From the NCBI GenBank assembly GCA_963768985.1, contig CAVYJZ010000001.1, positions 87,002 to 151,001 on the forward strand: DNA of 64,000 nucleotides, given 5' to 3'. Of this stretch, positions 62,700-64,000 are shown piece by piece (position 1 is the first letter of the stretch; each line of letters opens with the position of its first letter). A program made the position numbers and the translations under genes. The stretch comes from an uncultured delta proteobacterium. GTDB taxonomy: Bacteria > Myxococcota_A > Polyangia > Polyangiales > Houyiibacteriaceae. The notes below the pieces were generated by a model that was not told where the DNA came from, ran no database searches, and saw nothing but the letters and a program-made list of their open reading frames with translations.

Positions 62700-64000
62700 T
62701 GGCCTGCGGGGCGGCCGCCTTTGCGGGGGTCGCTGGCGGCGTGAAGAAGTCGCTCCGGCGAGCGCTCGATTTCGATCAGCTGCACGTTGGCGATGTTGTG
62801 GATCGGTTTGATGTGGTGACCACGGGCGCGAAGCGCGTCTTGAAGCGCGGAGTCCAAGGGCGCGACGACCTCTACGCGCAGGGTATCGGGGTCCCCTTGG
62901 TCGTGAATGCGTGGAGCGGCCACGGCTTCGCCCGCGGTCATCCCCTGCAGCAGGATGTTCATGGCGACTTGCTGCGTGGCGGTCACGATTCGGCTGCCAC
63001 CCGATGCCCCGATACACAAGACCGCCTTCCCGTCTTCGAACACGATCGTAGGCGACATCGTCGAGACCGGACGCTTCCAGGGACCTGGCAGGTTGCGGGC
63101 ACCTCCGACCAAACCGAACGCGTTCGCATTGCCGATTGCGCTTGCGAAGTCATCCATCTCGTCGTTCATGACGACGCCGCCGCCGGTGAAACGCGCTCCG
63201 AACGGGAGGTTCACGGTCGTCGTGACGGACGCGACGTTGCCGGCCGCATCCACCACGCAAAGGTGGGAAGTCCCTGCGTTGTCGGGCATCGTGATGTTGG
63301 TCCTGGGCCATTCGATCGGAAGGTCGTATTCGGCGCTGGGGTGGGCCGTTCCGTCCCCTGCGAGCGCGGCGCGCGCAGCGATTCGCGTCTCACTCATCAT
63401 CTGGTCGAGTGGCAAGATCACCTGGTCCGGATCACCGAAATAGCGCTGTCGGTCTCGGAAAGGCCCCTTCCACGATTCCGCCATGGCGTGCAGGAGGGGA
63501 GCGCCATACGGGGGTTTTGGTCCGACCGCGCGTTCCAGGATCAAGAGGCTTTGAATCATCGTGAACCCACCCGCGCTCGGTGGAGGCGCCGTCACCCATC
63601 GGTATCCGAACGCCGTCGCCTCGAGAGGGGTGCGCGTTCTCACACGGTAGGCACGCAGGTCCTGAAGCGTCACGATACCGCCTTGCTTCTGAACCGCGGC
63701 CACCATCTCTTGGCCGATGACGCCGCCGTAAATCACGGCCGCGCCCTTCTCCGCAAACGCGCGGAGCACGCGAGCCAAGCCCGGCCGCCTCAGCGTCGCC
63801 CCGGCACGGAGGTCCCACGTCGCCATCACCGGGTCCTTGCGAAGCTGACCCTCGAACGCGCTCCCCATGGCCGCGAGCGCTTCGCTCACGGGAACACCCT
63901 CCTCGGCGAGGCGAAGCGCGGGCCCGACGACCTCGCGTAGGGGGAGGTTCCCAAAGCGCGTGACGAGCGCCTCGATTCCTGCGGGCTCTCCAGGCACGCC
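62696..64000 (-). CDS. ggt: Gamma-glutamyltransferase; the N-terminus lies outside the window
   Basis: Autoprocessing site 'AGTSHLCVVD', plus 'GGSRI' and 'FGDPD'. The frame is open to nt 64000. Confidence 0.92.
   Translation of the reverse strand, partial: GVPGEPAGIEALVTRFGNLPLREVVGPALRLAEEGVPVSEALAAMGSAFEGQLRKDPVMATWDLRAGATLRRPGLARVLRAFAEKGAAVIYGGVIGQEMVAAVQKQGGIVTLQDLRAYRVRTRTPLEATAFGYRWVTAPPPSAGGFTMIQSLLILERAVGPKPPYGAPLLHAMAESWKGPFRDRQRYFGDPDQVILPLDQMMSETRIAARAALAGDGTAHPSAEYDLPIEWPRTNITMPDNAGTSHLCVVDAAGNVASVTTTVNLPFGARFTGGGVVMNDEMDDFASAIGNANAFGLVGGARNLPGPWKRPVSTMSPTIVFEDGKAVLCIGASGGSRIVTATQQVAMNILLQGMTAGEAVAAPRIHDQGDPDTLRVEVVAPLDSALQDALRARGHHIKPIHNIANVQLIEIERSPERLLHAASDPRKGGRPAGH

Noticed and set aside
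60033-63940. ORFs 60033..60977 (-), 61315..62142 (-) and 62555..63940 (+, 461 aa).
   Set aside because: They are antisense to slt, PP2C and ggt respectively, each of which has diagnostic catalytic motifs.

Overview
High-G+C bacterial chromosome, densely packed with genes and spanning the replication-origin neighbourhood (dnaA-dnaN-recF). The gene content looks myxobacterial or delta-proteobacterial: DUF4388-like domains, Cys-rich lipoproteins, a PP2C phosphatase, HEAT fusions and a Fam20-like kinase. That taxonomic placement is inference only. I support about 60 CDS, one tRNA (Ala-CGC), and no rRNA, CRISPR, transposase or integrase.

Main blocks:
- (i) Origin region: two candidate DnaA-box clusters and a roughly 31% G+C island between dnaA and dnaN.
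- (ii) Housekeeping genes: dnaJ, an rluA-family gene, uvrB, serC, bioF-bioD, uppS-cdsA.
- (iii) A 12-kb, 13-gene minus-strand [NiFe] uptake hydrogenase cluster, 20377-32301: hupS-hupL-hupC-hupD-cytochrome c-hypF-hypC-hypD-hypE-crotonase-hypA-hypB-His-rich metal transporter.
- (iv) A tightly coupled DUF4388-like / Omp85 / periplasmic protein / HAMP histidine kinase / TlpA-thioredoxin string, followed by a degenerate Fic protein.
- (v) An ocd / Fam20-like secreted kinase / aguA / aguB / thiE string.
- (vi) An sdh operon whose membrane anchor carries a CH..H...CxxC motif, plus an extra coupled gene.
- (vii) The imuA-imuB-dnaE2 mutagenesis cassette with a CTG-N10-CAG palindrome upstream.
- (viii) A TLC-like transporter fused to HEAT repeats, nei/fpg, two orphan ABC permeases, a Cys-rich lipoprotein, slt, PP2C and ggt.

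I see no recognisable defence island or mobile element. The features most worth a second look are:
- the non-canonical content of the hydrogenase operon: an embedded crotonase, an embedded monohaem cytochrome c, and a Cys-to-Asn change at a proximal-cluster ligand of HupS;
- the eukaryote-like Fam20 kinase homologue;
- the Omp85 / kinase / thioredoxin envelope module;
- the Rieske-like motif in the Sdh anchor;
- a pair of perfect or near-perfect 16-bp palindromes in front of bioF.

All functional calls come from reading motifs in the supplied translations. No database search was run.
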